64,000 nt of DNA from NCBI RefSeq assembly GCF_023055435.1, contig NW_025963779.1, forward strand, positions 36,642,001-36,706,000, in the 5' to 3' direction. The notes beneath the pieces were generated by a model that was not told the origin of the DNA, ran no database searches, and saw only the letters and a list, made by a program, of their open reading frames with translations. This document shows positions 12,401-24,400 of the stretch, one piece after another (position 1 is the first letter of the stretch; each line of letters starts with the position of its first letter). This stretch comes from Haliotis rufescens. Lineage: Eukaryota. The position numbers and the translations under genes were made by a program.

Positions 12401-15400
12401 AACTTCTGCTTGTGAGTTTAAACTTTTACAAACCTGTAGAGGTTATGAATTCTCTGATGAAATCCTCCTTGGGGCACTTATTGCATTTTCCTTGCTCAAG
12501 AAAATCTACATGACATAGTTGTAACCATTTTTCTTTAATAAAAAATGTTACCACACAAAAAACTTCGTTTTTGTATGATATACGACCACCTTTACGGGGC
12601 CTCACCCCCAACGGCGCCTCACGCCAGGGGGAGCAACTCTCACCCAAATCACTTTCCATATGTCTAATGCTGACGGAATGAGGGGAGGTGGGTGGCCGTG
12701 CCCCAAGGAGGATTTCATCAGAGAATTCATAACCTCTACAGGTTTGTAAAATTCTCTTTCTGATTAAATCCTCCTTGGGGCACTTATTGCATCAAGACAG
12801 ACTCCCAAAGATAATCTAGGAAGTGGCATCCATCAGCAACAGGCGTAAATAAATACATCGTATTTGATTATTCAACAGAATAAAATATTGAGTTCAATAA
12901 ATGAAACCAACCTTATCGTGAGGCACCACCGTCGAAAGGCGGGGGCTAGAGACAGGGCGTGGTCGACCATATATTATGATAAAGCCTGTTTTTGCGGCTT
13001 GTCATAAGTTGAGAACTCGAAACACCTCCCACCCCCCACACTTTTTTTGAACAAGTGATATAGGGGCGTAGATCACGAGAGACCATAACCAGCACTGAGC
13101 TAGGCCAGAGGGTCCCCGAGGATCGAAGGAGTGCGTGCGCAAAATACGATGATTATCGAGTAGTAAGGACTGATATTTATCGACCGTAGAAGATAAAATC
13201 CGGACCATTACTGAGCAGTATAACCGGAAGACTGTCTAAAATCTCGAATGCTCAATCAGCTAGAGATTAGAACTTTGCCCAGTTCGGAGAACTGACTGAC
13301 CAAACCGAGTACGCTCGCTTGAGTGTTTGTCGAGTTGGTAAGGTTTGATGAATCGTGCTCGGCTGGCTCCAAATAGCCGCGGAGCAGATCTGCTCAAGTG
13401 GCAGAGCCGCGGCGTACGCTTTTGACGCAGCCACTGCTCTAACCTAATGAGCCTTCAACCTGGTAGGGGGGTCCCTGCCTTTAAGCGTATACGCTGTACA
13501 AATGGTTGAAACTATCCACCTCGAGATAGATTGTTTACTCTCAGGTGAGCCAACCTTCCTACCGCCGTAACAGCAAAATAGTTGGTTATCCTTACGGACA
13601 CCCATATTTCTGCTGATATAGGCCTTGAGAGTCGTGCGGACATCCAAGACATGAGCATGTCTTGCAGTGGTCCCCGACGAGGAAGGCTGTGAAAGAGCAG
13701 GTAGCTCAATAGGAGCCGTTCACGTGGAATCGTGTGCGACCCTAGGACGGTAAGGGTCCGGTAGTCGAAAACTGACTCTGTCCCGGTGATATTTATCGAC
13801 CGCATGGAAGACAGTTATTTCGTGATCGGCTGACATAACACGAATGTCGCCTACCCGTCTGCCGGACGTTACCACCACAAGGAACGCCGTCTCCCAGCTC
13901 AACAGCTGAAGAGAGAGAGACAACAGATCCCGAAAAGAAGGACCGGACAGCCAATCGAGAATGATTGACAAGTCCCAAGGGGGACTGATCCGCCGGACTG
14001 GCGGTCGGATCCTGTCCACACCTGCTAAAAAGCGCTGCACTAATGGGTGTGCACCCAGAAGTGCCCTGACGACAGGGACGTGAAAAGCTGCGATAGCTGT
14101 AGAGTACCCTCGGACTGTTGATGCGGCCAGGCCGTCATCTAGTCGCGACTGGAGAAACTCAAGCACGGATACGAGATCTGCAGAAAAAAGATCTGCAATC
14201 CCTCTATCGACACACCAGGGCGCATAGCAGGCCTATCTATCGTACTGAACGTTTGTCGAATCCCTCCGCGAAGCCAGTATTGTGTCTGCAACTCGTGCAG
14301 GAATACCGCTCTTCTGGAGGCGATTCCTGACAGTGGCCAAGCCACCCATTGAATCCTGAGATTCAGGTGGAGGGCCCCGTTCTGGGATAGGAGGTCCGGT
14401 CGTAAAGGTAATATATCAGGAGGCTGAGCCAGAAACCTGAGTATTACTGGAAACCCACTCTGCGCCGACTAAAGAGGTGCCAGGAGCACAAGTAGTCGCG
14501 CAGGCTGAGTGGCTAGCTGAGACAGGACCTTGGAAATCAGAGGTACTGGGGAGAATGCCCCCAGAACTGTCCGTCCAATCTAGCTGAAAGGCGTCCGGTG
14601 CCACCGACCTCGGGTCGTGGACTCGGGAGCAGAACGTTGGTGTCTGGTAATTTAACCAAGACGCAAACAGATCCACCTGTAATGACCTGTATAACAGGGA
14701 GAAAATTCCGAATATCCCCGGGTCGAGCCTCCACGCCGTTCCCCCCTGCTTCCGGATGTAAGTCATCGCTGTTTGGTTGTCCATCTCTAGACGAACCACT
14801 TGGCCACGAAGCAGATCCGGGAAGCGTTGGAACACCAACCTGACCGCTCTCAGTTCTAGCACATTGATATGCAGTTTGATCTCCTGCTGGGACCATAGTC
14901 CCGAGGCAGTGTGATCATTCAGAACGCCTCCCCAGCCGGAGAGTGACGCGTCTGTTTGAACTGTGAGAGACGGAACGGGAGTGATTCCCGACCTCGGTCC
15001 ACCACTGGAGGTGTGTAATGAGCCACTACGGAGTCTAGAGATCTTCCGAGTTCGCCCAAAGTCGACGGAGTGCTTGTTGAATGGGACTCATTCTCAAGCG
15101 CGCCCGCCAGACCAAATCCACTGTCGCCGCCATGTTGTCCAGTAACTGGAGCCATGTACGAGCAGTGTGACTTGCGCTTAAGGGATTTGATATCTTGTGA
15201 CAGAGATACACGTCCTCTCACCTCAGATCTGACTTCTTGAGATTGACCATCCACCCTAGAGTGATCAGAATATCTATCACTTGTTGTGTAGCTATCTGAC
15301 TCAGGGATTGCAATAGAGCTCTTAGTAACCAGTCGTCGAGGTACGGATGGCAGAACCGAACTTTTGACCTGGCCACTTGGGCGGGAATCAACATCAGCTT

Positions 15401-18400
15401 GGTGAACACCCTCGGGGCCGTGGAGACCCCGAATGGTAGAACCCTGAACTGATAACACCTCCCGTCGAAAGAAAACCTCAGGTATTTCTTGAAATCGGGG
15501 TGTATTGGTATGTGGAGATAGGCGTAGTTTAAGTCTATTGACGTTAGCCATTCTCCTGTCTCGACAGTTGAGATCACTGTTTGGTGACTAGGAAACAAGT
15601 CGAGTAGAAGCCCTCGCTTTCCTGTCCCTCGGGACCCGGTTCGATCGCAGCTTTCATAAGAAGTGCGTCGACCTCGGCACGGAGGAATTCCGCCTTCTCT
15701 CGGGTAGCAGGCACCGGAGTGTGCTTTATCTCGGAAAAGTGGAGGAGCGGATGAGTTTTCCACCGAGGCAAATGGCCATCCCTTAAAATGGACGGGGTCC
15801 GGGGATTGTGTTGTAACTGTCTCCCATTCCTTCAGGAATAGAGCCAGTCGGCCGCCTACGGGGACATCCGGCTGGAGGCAGTGGACAGTTCGATAACTTG
15901 CGACTGTGGGTTCACCCGGGGCTCTTCGGGCGCTAATGGGAACCCATCGTTCCCAGCCCTGCGAAAAAGCTGTTGGCCTCGACCAGCTGCCTTGCCCCGG
16001 CCCGTGCCTCTCTTGCTCCTCCCGGCGCCCTTATACCTGAAGGAAGCGGCGGCTTCCAAGCAGGTGTGGACGTCTGACCCGTGCGTTAGCGTAGGAGGGG
16101 ACAATTGGAGAGGCCCGCTTACGCGGTTTAAACGCTTGGTACCTCCAACAAGGCCTTATGAGTCTTTGATGGAAGTATACAATTGAGCAGCCTCTCGGAC
16201 CACCTGCTGAGCCCCAGGGAAGAGGGTGGCACCCTCTTATACGGCAAAGCAAGTAGGTCTTGGCGTGTGTAAGTCGAGTATTTAGATACCGACATCCACC
16301 GCCTGCGAATGCCCATAACAGCGCACATCATCTGCGAGGCACAGCTACGAATAGCGTCCCGCGCAAGATAACTGAACTTCCGTTAGTTGCGCGGCCAACT
16401 CCGAAGAGTCGGCCGGCCCCTCTCCCGCTAACTCCCTCTGTACAGCCGACAGATACGCGGAGTGTACGGACACACGGAGCTGTTGGCATGCATTATGATA
16501 TTGCTCCTCGAAGCAAGTCAAGTTGGGTGTCTCCGACTCTGGCATGGGCGCAGCCACCTGAGGCAGTACCTGGACAATCCTGTCCCGCACGTGTCTCTGC
16601 ACCCGGCCCGAGGCCGAGTCCCGGTGCCGAGGTGCCGGAGGTTCCAGGGAACCCACCTGGCACTGGGCTAGGTATCCACTAGTGAAAGCCTTGGCCTCGG
16701 AAGAGGCGTCTGGCTCCGCTAGGGAAAATTGTGCGTCGGTAGTGCACGGGACGGTGCCCGCCACCACTACGCTGGGGAGCGACCTCGAGCCGGAGCCGAA
16801 GCTCGGTCTCAGATCGTCCCCGAGACAAAGGGAACCAACCTGGCTCCGGGCTAGGTATCCACTAGTGGAAGCCTCGGCCTCGGAAGAGGCGTCTGGCTCC
16901 GCTAGGGAAAATTGTGCGTCGGTAGTGCACGGGCCGGTGCCCGCCACTACTACGCTGGGGAGCGACCTCGAGCCGGAGCCGAAGCTCGGTCTCGGATCGT
17001 CCCCGAGACCAAGGGAACCCCCCTGGCTCCGGGCTACGAATCCACTAGTGAAAGCCTCGGCCTCGGAAGAGGCGTCTGGCTCCGCTAGGGAAAAAATGTG
17101 CGTTGGTAGTGCACGGGCCGGCACCCGCCACCCCTCCGCTGGGGAGCGACCTCGAGCCGGCGCCGAAGCCCGGTCTGAGATCGTCCCCGAGACCAAGTGG
17201 CCTGCCTCGGCCGACGCCGGGCATATCACAAGGTCTCAAAGCCGCGTCCGGCGCCGACAACGGGGAAGGCTCGGTCCGCATCTCCTCTCGGAGCTGAGAC
17301 TTTACCTCCTCCATCATCGACGCCATCTGCGACTTAAGTAACGCAGAAAAGTCTGCCAAAGACAGTGCAGGAGAGGGTGCAGTGCTTACTACGGGGACCC
17401 TCGAGCCTTCTCCCCCGGCCCCCGGAGAGGGAGCGGGGGAGACAATCTCGGCAGCTTTTTTTACCCTTTTTAGATGGGGAGGGGGGGATGTCTTAGTAGA
17501 TCTGATATCTACCCCCGCCTTTAATAGACCTCTTTAAAGTGGAACAAGTCAACTTGTCTCTTTTTGGGGGCCCCGGGGGGTAAAGGCAATGTCCTCCGCC
17601 AGACATATTAGGCAGCGTTCGCGCCTGTCTTAGAACAACCCGTACACAGTTTGAAGGTCTTGTAAACAAGACCGTATTCTCTTTCAGATTAAATCCTCCT
17701 TGGGGCACTTATTGCATTTTCCTGGCTCAAGAAAATCTACATGACATAGTTGTAACCATTTTCCTTAATAAAAATTGTTACCACACAAAAAACTTTGTTT
17801 TTGTATGATATACGTCCACCCTTATGGTGCCTCACCCTCCACGGCGCGTCACGCCAAGGGAAGCAACTCTCACCCAAATCACTTTCCTTATGTCATCTGA
17901 CAAAGACAGACGTGCTGTTTTTTTCAAGACAAAATAAAGACAAGATAATCGTTCGTACAAGAACCATGGCAGACCAAACTGTATGTATGGTACATTTCTT
18001 TCATGCAAAGGCGTAATACCTCGCATTGTAAAGTTATAAAGTTGTAATTATGTGACACGTGTACGATACCTTTGAAATGAAGGCCGTCGTAGCGTCCATT
18101 TTGTAGTGCCACGTATGATATATGTAACACCAGGGCCATCAAAAACGGCTTCGGTTTTTTAATCTATATCATCGGGCTTTAGCCTACATTCTTTTCCTTT
18201 AAATAAACCCAAGGTGGTGTGTTAATTATTTTAAATTACACTTACCTTTTTTACGGGTTTTCTACACCTTCGCGCGTAACACGCCCACTTTGGTGTTATA
18301 ATTATACTACGACATTGGCTATTAGTATCGCGTTACCAATCGCATTCTAAATTACGCCTTTGCTTCTAGTTACACAATTTATGCACGTATCTTTCCGATC

Positions 18401-21400
18401 TTTCAATCGCACTGATACACTTTATTACCCTTCCCGCCAAACTCAAAGATTACGGTCTTTTTTACAGACCTTCAAACTGTGTACGGGGTGCTCGGCTTCG
18501 ATTCCCCCCCAAGACAGGCATGATACTTGCATAAAGTGTTTGGCCGAAGACGGGCATGACGATGGGTCATGCCCGATCTGTGTTGCATTCACACCACGGG
18601 CACAGAAAAAGAGAAATGTGGACCTCTTACACTTTAAGGGTCTATTGAAGGCGGGGGTGGACATTAGATCGGCAAAGACCGCCCCGCCCCCCTCAAAAAA
18701 AGTAAGAAAGGGTAAAAAGGCAGCTGAGAATGTCTCCTCCGCTCCCTCCCCGGGGGCCGGGGGAGAAGGCTCTAGGGTCCCCGTCGCAATCACTGCACCC
18801 TCTCCTGCACCGTCTTTGGCAGACATCTCTGCCTTGTTGAGGTCGCAGATGGCGTCGATGATGGAGGAGGTAGAGGCAGGCCACTTGGTCTCGGGGACGA
18901 ACTCAGACCGGGCTTCGGCGCCGGCTCGAGGTCGCTCCCCAGCGGAGGGGTGGCGGGCACTGGCCTGTTCACTACCGACGCACAGTTCTCCCTAGCGGAG
19001 CCAGACGCCTCTTCCGAGGCCGAGGCTTCCTCTAGCGGATTTCTAGCCCAGAGCCAGGTGGGTTCCCTTGAACCCCCGGCACCTCGGGACCGGGACTCGG
19101 CTTCGGGCCGGGTGCAGCCCGGGGATGCGAAGGCCCAGGCCTTCGGGCGTCCCCTTCTGACTTCGTCTGTCTCTTCTCTCGGAGAAGAGTCGATTAATTT
19201 CGGCTCGGAATCAAGAGAGGAGGAGTGGATGGAGGAGGGGGGAGACGACTCGGAGACCTCGGGAATATTTTCCTTCGTTTCCTCGTTGAGGCATGTACGG
19301 GACAAGATTGTCCAGGTACTGCCTCAGGTGGCTGCGCCCATGCCCCAGTCGGATCCGACTGAGTTCCGCCTTCCGGGGGACGCTTTTGCTCCGAGCAAGG
19401 CGCCCCAGGTGCGGCTCCGTATTCTGTCTTCATTGGTGCATGAAGTCATCAACCCTCTGTTGTCGGGTGCCCGCAGGAAGTTCGACCTGCCCGAACTTAT
19501 TAAGCGGTACCTGTTAGCAGAGGATGGTGATTTTGAGGTACCGGTGGTGGACGAATGTGTCTGGACCTCCGTTACCCTGGGGGGGTCTTCGACCCCCAAC
19601 TTGGCTAAGGTCAAGCAGGGCCGGCGGTTGCCACCCTTTCCCGCGTGCGGTACGGAGCTGAAGGCTGCTTACGTTTGCTTCGAGGAGCTCCGGGTGTCCG
19701 TACACTCCGCTTATCTGTCGGCCGTACAGAGGGAGTTAGCGGGAGAGGGGCCGGCCGACTCTTCGGAGTTGGCCGCGCAACTTACGGAGGTACATAGTCA
19801 TCTTGCGCGGGACGCTATTCGTAGCTGTGCCTCGCAGATGATGTGCGCAGTCATGGGCATGCGCAGGCTGTGGATGTCGGTATCCAAATACTCGGCTTCC
19901 ACACGCCAGGATCTACTTGCTTTGCCTTATAAGATGGGTGCCACCCTCTTCCCTGGGGCTCAGCAGGTGGTCCGAGAGGCCGCACAGTTGAATGCCTCCA
20001 TCAAGGATTCTAAGGCCTTGTTGGAGGTACCATGCGTTAAACCGCGTAAGCGGACCTCTCCACTTGCTTCCTCCTACGCTGACGCGCCGGGTCAGAAGTC
20101 TGCACCTGCTTGGAAGCAGCCGCTTCCTTCAGGTAAGGGCGCCGGGAGGAGCAAGAGAGGCAGGGGCCGGGGCAGGGCAGCTGGTCGAGGCCAGCAGCCT
20201 TTTCGCGGGGCCGGGAACCCATCGGGTTCCCGTTAGCGCCCGAAGCGCCCCGGGCGGATCCACGGTCGCATGTTTTCGAACTGCCGACAGCCAGGGTCCG
20301 CTGCCTCAAGCCGGATGTCCCCGTAGGCGGCCGACTGGCTCTATTCCTGCAGGAATGGGAGACAGTCACATCCAATCCCTGGACCCTGTCCACTCTAAGG
20401 GATGGCCATTTGCCTCGGTGGAAACATCATCCGCCCCCCTTCTCCGGGATAAAGCACACTCCGGTGCCTGCTACCCTGGAGAGGGCGGAATTCCTCCGTG
20501 CCGAGGTCGACGCACTTCTTATGAAGGCTGCGATCGAACCGGTTCCCGTGGAAAGCGAGGGCTCCTACTCGACATATTTCCTAGTCACCAAAAAAGACGG
20601 AGGGTTCAGGCCTATTCTCAATCTGAGAAGGCTGAACAAACTTATAGAGGTACCGTCCTTCAGGATGGAGACACTGCGCTCGGTGATCTCAGCTGTCGAG
20701 ACCGGAGAATGGCTAACGTCAATAGACCTAAAAGACGCCTATCTCCACGTACCCATACACCCCGAGTTCAAGAAATACCTCAGGTTTTCTTTCGACGGGA
20801 GGTGTTATCAGTTCAGGGTTCTACCATTCGGGATCGCTACGGCCCCGAGGGTGTTCACCAAGCTGATGTTGATTCCCGCCCAAGTGGCCAGGTCAAAAGG
20901 TCGGTTCTGCCATCCGTACCTCGACCACTGGTTACTAAGAGCTCTATCGCAATCCCTGAGTCAGATAGCTACACAACAAGTGATAGATATTCTGATCACT
21001 CTAGGGTGGATAGTCAATCTCAAGAAGTCAGATCTGAGCCCTACTCAGAATCTAGTCTTCCTAGGGGCGAATTTCAACACGGTGAGCGGACTTGTATCTC
21101 TGTCACAAGATCGCATTACCAAGGTCAGAAGTGTTACTTCCCAGTTCCTTCTGTCCGCCAGTCACACTGCTCGTACATGGCTCCAGTTACTGGGCAACAT
21201 GGCGGCGACAGTGGATGTGCGCTCCGTCGACTTTGGGTGAACTCGGAAGATCTTGAGACTGTTCTCGAGACTCCGCAGTGGCTCAATGCACACCTTCAGT
21301 GGTGGACCGAGGTCGGGAATCTGTCCCGGGGGCCCCCCCTCGACACTCCCGTGCCGTCTCTCACAGTTCAAACAGACGCGTCACTCTCCGGCTGGGGAGG

Positions 21401-24400
21401 CGTTCTGAACGATCACACTGCCTCGGGACTATGGTCCCAGCAGGAGATCAAACTGCATATCAATGTGCTAGAACTGAGAGCGGTCAGGTTGGTGTTCCAA
21501 CGCTTCCTGGATCTGCTTCGTGGCCAAGTGGTGCGTCTAGAGATGGACAACCAAACGGCGATGACTTACATCCAGAAGCAGGGGGGAACGGTGTCTCCGT
21601 CGCTTCTCCAAGAGACGTGGCAGTTCCTCCTATGGTGCGACTCACACGTTATCAGGGTGCTACCTGTTTATCTCCCGGGGGTAGACAACGTCCGTGCGGA
21701 CGCTCTGTCTCGCCGGATCCTCGCTCCTCACGAGTGGAGGCTCGACCCGGGGATATTCGGGATTATCTCCCAGTTATACAGGTCGTTCCAGGTGGATCTG
21801 TTTGCGTCTGCGGTGAATCACCAGACACCAACGTTCTGCTCCCGAGTCCCCGACCCGAGGTCGGTGGCACCGGACGCCTTCCAGCTAGATTGAACGGACA
21901 GAATACTGTGGGCATTCCCCCCAGTACCTCTGATTTCCAAGGTCCTGTCTCAGCTAGCCACTCAGCCTGCGCGACTACTTGTGCTCCTGGCACCCCTTTG
22001 GTCGGCGCAGAGTTGGTTTCTTGTCATACTCAGGTTTCTGGCTCAGCCTCCTGTTCTATTACCTTTACGACCGGACCTCCTATCCCAGAACGAGGCCCTC
22101 CACCCGAATCCCAGGATTCAGTGGGTGGCTTGGCCACTGTCCGGAATCGCCTCCAGGAGAGCGGTATTCCTGCACGAGTTGCAGACACAATACTGGCTTC
22201 GCGGAGGGATTCGACAAACGTTCAGTACGAGGATAGATAGGCCTGCTATGCGCGCTGGTGTGTCGATAGAAGGATTGCAGATCCCTTTTCTGCAGATCTC
22301 GTAGCCGTACTTGAGTTCCTCCAGTCGCGACTAGATGTCGGCCTGGCCGCATCGACAGTCCAGGGGTACTCTACAGCTATCGCTGCCTTTCACGTCCCCG
22401 TCGACGGGGCACTTTTGGGTGCGCACCCATTAGTGCAGCGTTTTTTAGCAGGTGTGGACAGGATCCGACCGCCTGTCCGGCGGATCAGTCCCCCTTGGGA
22501 ATTGTCAATCGTTCTTGATTGGCTGTCCGGTCCTTCTTTTCGGGATCTGTCGTCTCTCTCTCTTCAGCTGTTGAGCTGGAAGACGGCGTTCCTTGTGGCG
22601 GTAACGTCCGGCAGACGGGTAGGCGACATTCACGCAATGTCAGCCGATCCCGAACTAACTGTCTTTCACCGGGACAGGGTCAGTATTCGCCTGCCGGACT
22701 CTTACCGTCCTAAGGTCGCACACGCCCTCCACCTGACGGCTCCTATTGAGCTACCTGCTCTTTCACAGCCTTCCTCGTCGGGGACCACTACAAGACATGC
22801 TCATGTCTTGGATGTCCGCAGGACCCTTAAGTCCTATATCAGCAGAACTAAGGGTATCCGTAAGGATAATCAACTATTTTGCTGTTATGGCGGTAGGAAG
22901 GCTGGCTCACCTGCGAGCAAACAAACTATCTCGCGGTGGATAGTCTCTACTATATGTACGGCGTACACGCTTCAAGGCAGGGACCCCCCTACCAAGTTGA
23001 AGGCTCATTCGGTTAGAGCAGTGGCTACGACACAAGCGTATGCTGCGGCTCTGCCCATTGAGGAGATCTGCTCCGCGGCTATTTGGAGCCAGCCGAGCAC
23101 GTTCATCAAACATTACCAACTCGACAAACACTCAAGCGAGCGTGCTCGGTTTGGTCAGTCAGTTCTCCGAACTGGGCAAAGTTCTACATCTCTAGCCGAT
23201 TGAGCCTTCGAGATTTTAGACCGCCCGGACCGGTTATAACACTGCTCAGTAACGGTCCGGATTTTATCTTCTACGGTCGATACAATACCAGCCATTACTA
23301 GTCGATAATCATCGTAATTGCACATGCACTCCTTCGATTACGGGGACCCTCTGGCCTAGCTCTGTGCGGGTTTATAGTCTCTCGTGATCTGTGCCCCCAA
23401 TATCACTTGTTCAAAAAAGTGGGTGGGGTGGGGGGTGTGTGTGTCTCGAGTTCTCGATATGATAAGCCACAAAGAATGGCTCTTTTCATTGTGTATGGTC
23501 GATAACGCCCTGTCTCCAGCCCCCGCCTTTCGACGGTGGTGCCTCACGATAAGGTTGGTTCCAATTATTGAACTCTTGTTTATTCATTGAAATAATCAAA
23601 ATACGATGTATTTTATGCACGCTTGTTGCTGACGGATGCCACTTCCTAGATTATCTTTAGGAGTCTATCTTGATGCAATAAGTGCCCCAAGGAGGATTTA
23701 ATCTGAAAGAGAATTTTACAAACCTGTAGAGGTTATGAATTCTCTGATGAAATCCTCCTTGGGGCACGGCCACCCGCCTCCCCACATTCCGTCAGCATTA
23801 GACATATGGAAAGTGATTTGGGTGAGAGTTGCTTCCCTTGGCGTGACGCGCCGTGGTGGACGTATATCATACAAAAACAAAGTTTTTTGTGTGGTAACAA
23901 TTTTTATTAAGGAAAATGGTTACAACTATGTCATGTAGATTTTCTTGAGCCAGGAAAATGCAATAAGTGCCCCAAGGAGGATTTCATCAGAGAATTCATA
24001 ACCTCTACAGGTTTGTAAAAATTTCTGAGGTGGGCTGGAAGGGTATCAACGTGTATCAGTGCGATATAAAGATCGGAAAGATACGTGCATAAATTGTGAA
24101 ACTAGAAGCAAAGGCGTAATGTCGAATGCGATTTGTAACGCGATACTAATAGCCAATGTCGTAGTATAATTATAACACCAAAGGGGCGTGTTACGCGCTA
24201 AGGTGTAAAACCCGTAAAAAAGTAAGTGTAGTTTATGAATTAACACACCACCTTGGGTTTTGTAAAGGAAAAAATTGTAGACCAATGCTGTATGATATAA
24301 CAAAACCTTAAGCCGTTTCTTAATGGCCTTGGTGTTACATGTATCAGCCCGTGGAACTACAATATGGACGCCATTACGGCCATTTGAATTCAAAGGTACC

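Larger units (their letters stand above)
17677..24020 (+). mobile_element. DIRS1-type tyrosine-recombinase retrotransposon, inner full-length copy
   Basis: Left ITR 17677-17894, inverted right ITR about 23801-24020. ICR 23673-23767 has halves that are the reverse complements of the element's 5' and 3' termini. gag, RT-RNaseH-MT and overlapping YR ORFs are present. No TSD. Confidence 0.93.

Noticed and set aside
16682-19305. Antisense ORFs opposite DIRS gag (e.g. 16682-17341 +, 18790-19305 -)
   Set aside because: GC-rich shadow ORFs with no motifs.
19992-21893. 633-aa ORF as one novel protein
   Set aside because: It is a chimera: the DIRS ORF3 frame up to a deletion near 21220, then the RNase H/MT frame.
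12424-24020. Two independent head-to-head DIRS insertions or an inverted duplication
   Set aside because: ITR allele pairing and the colinear junction 24021/17676 show nesting.
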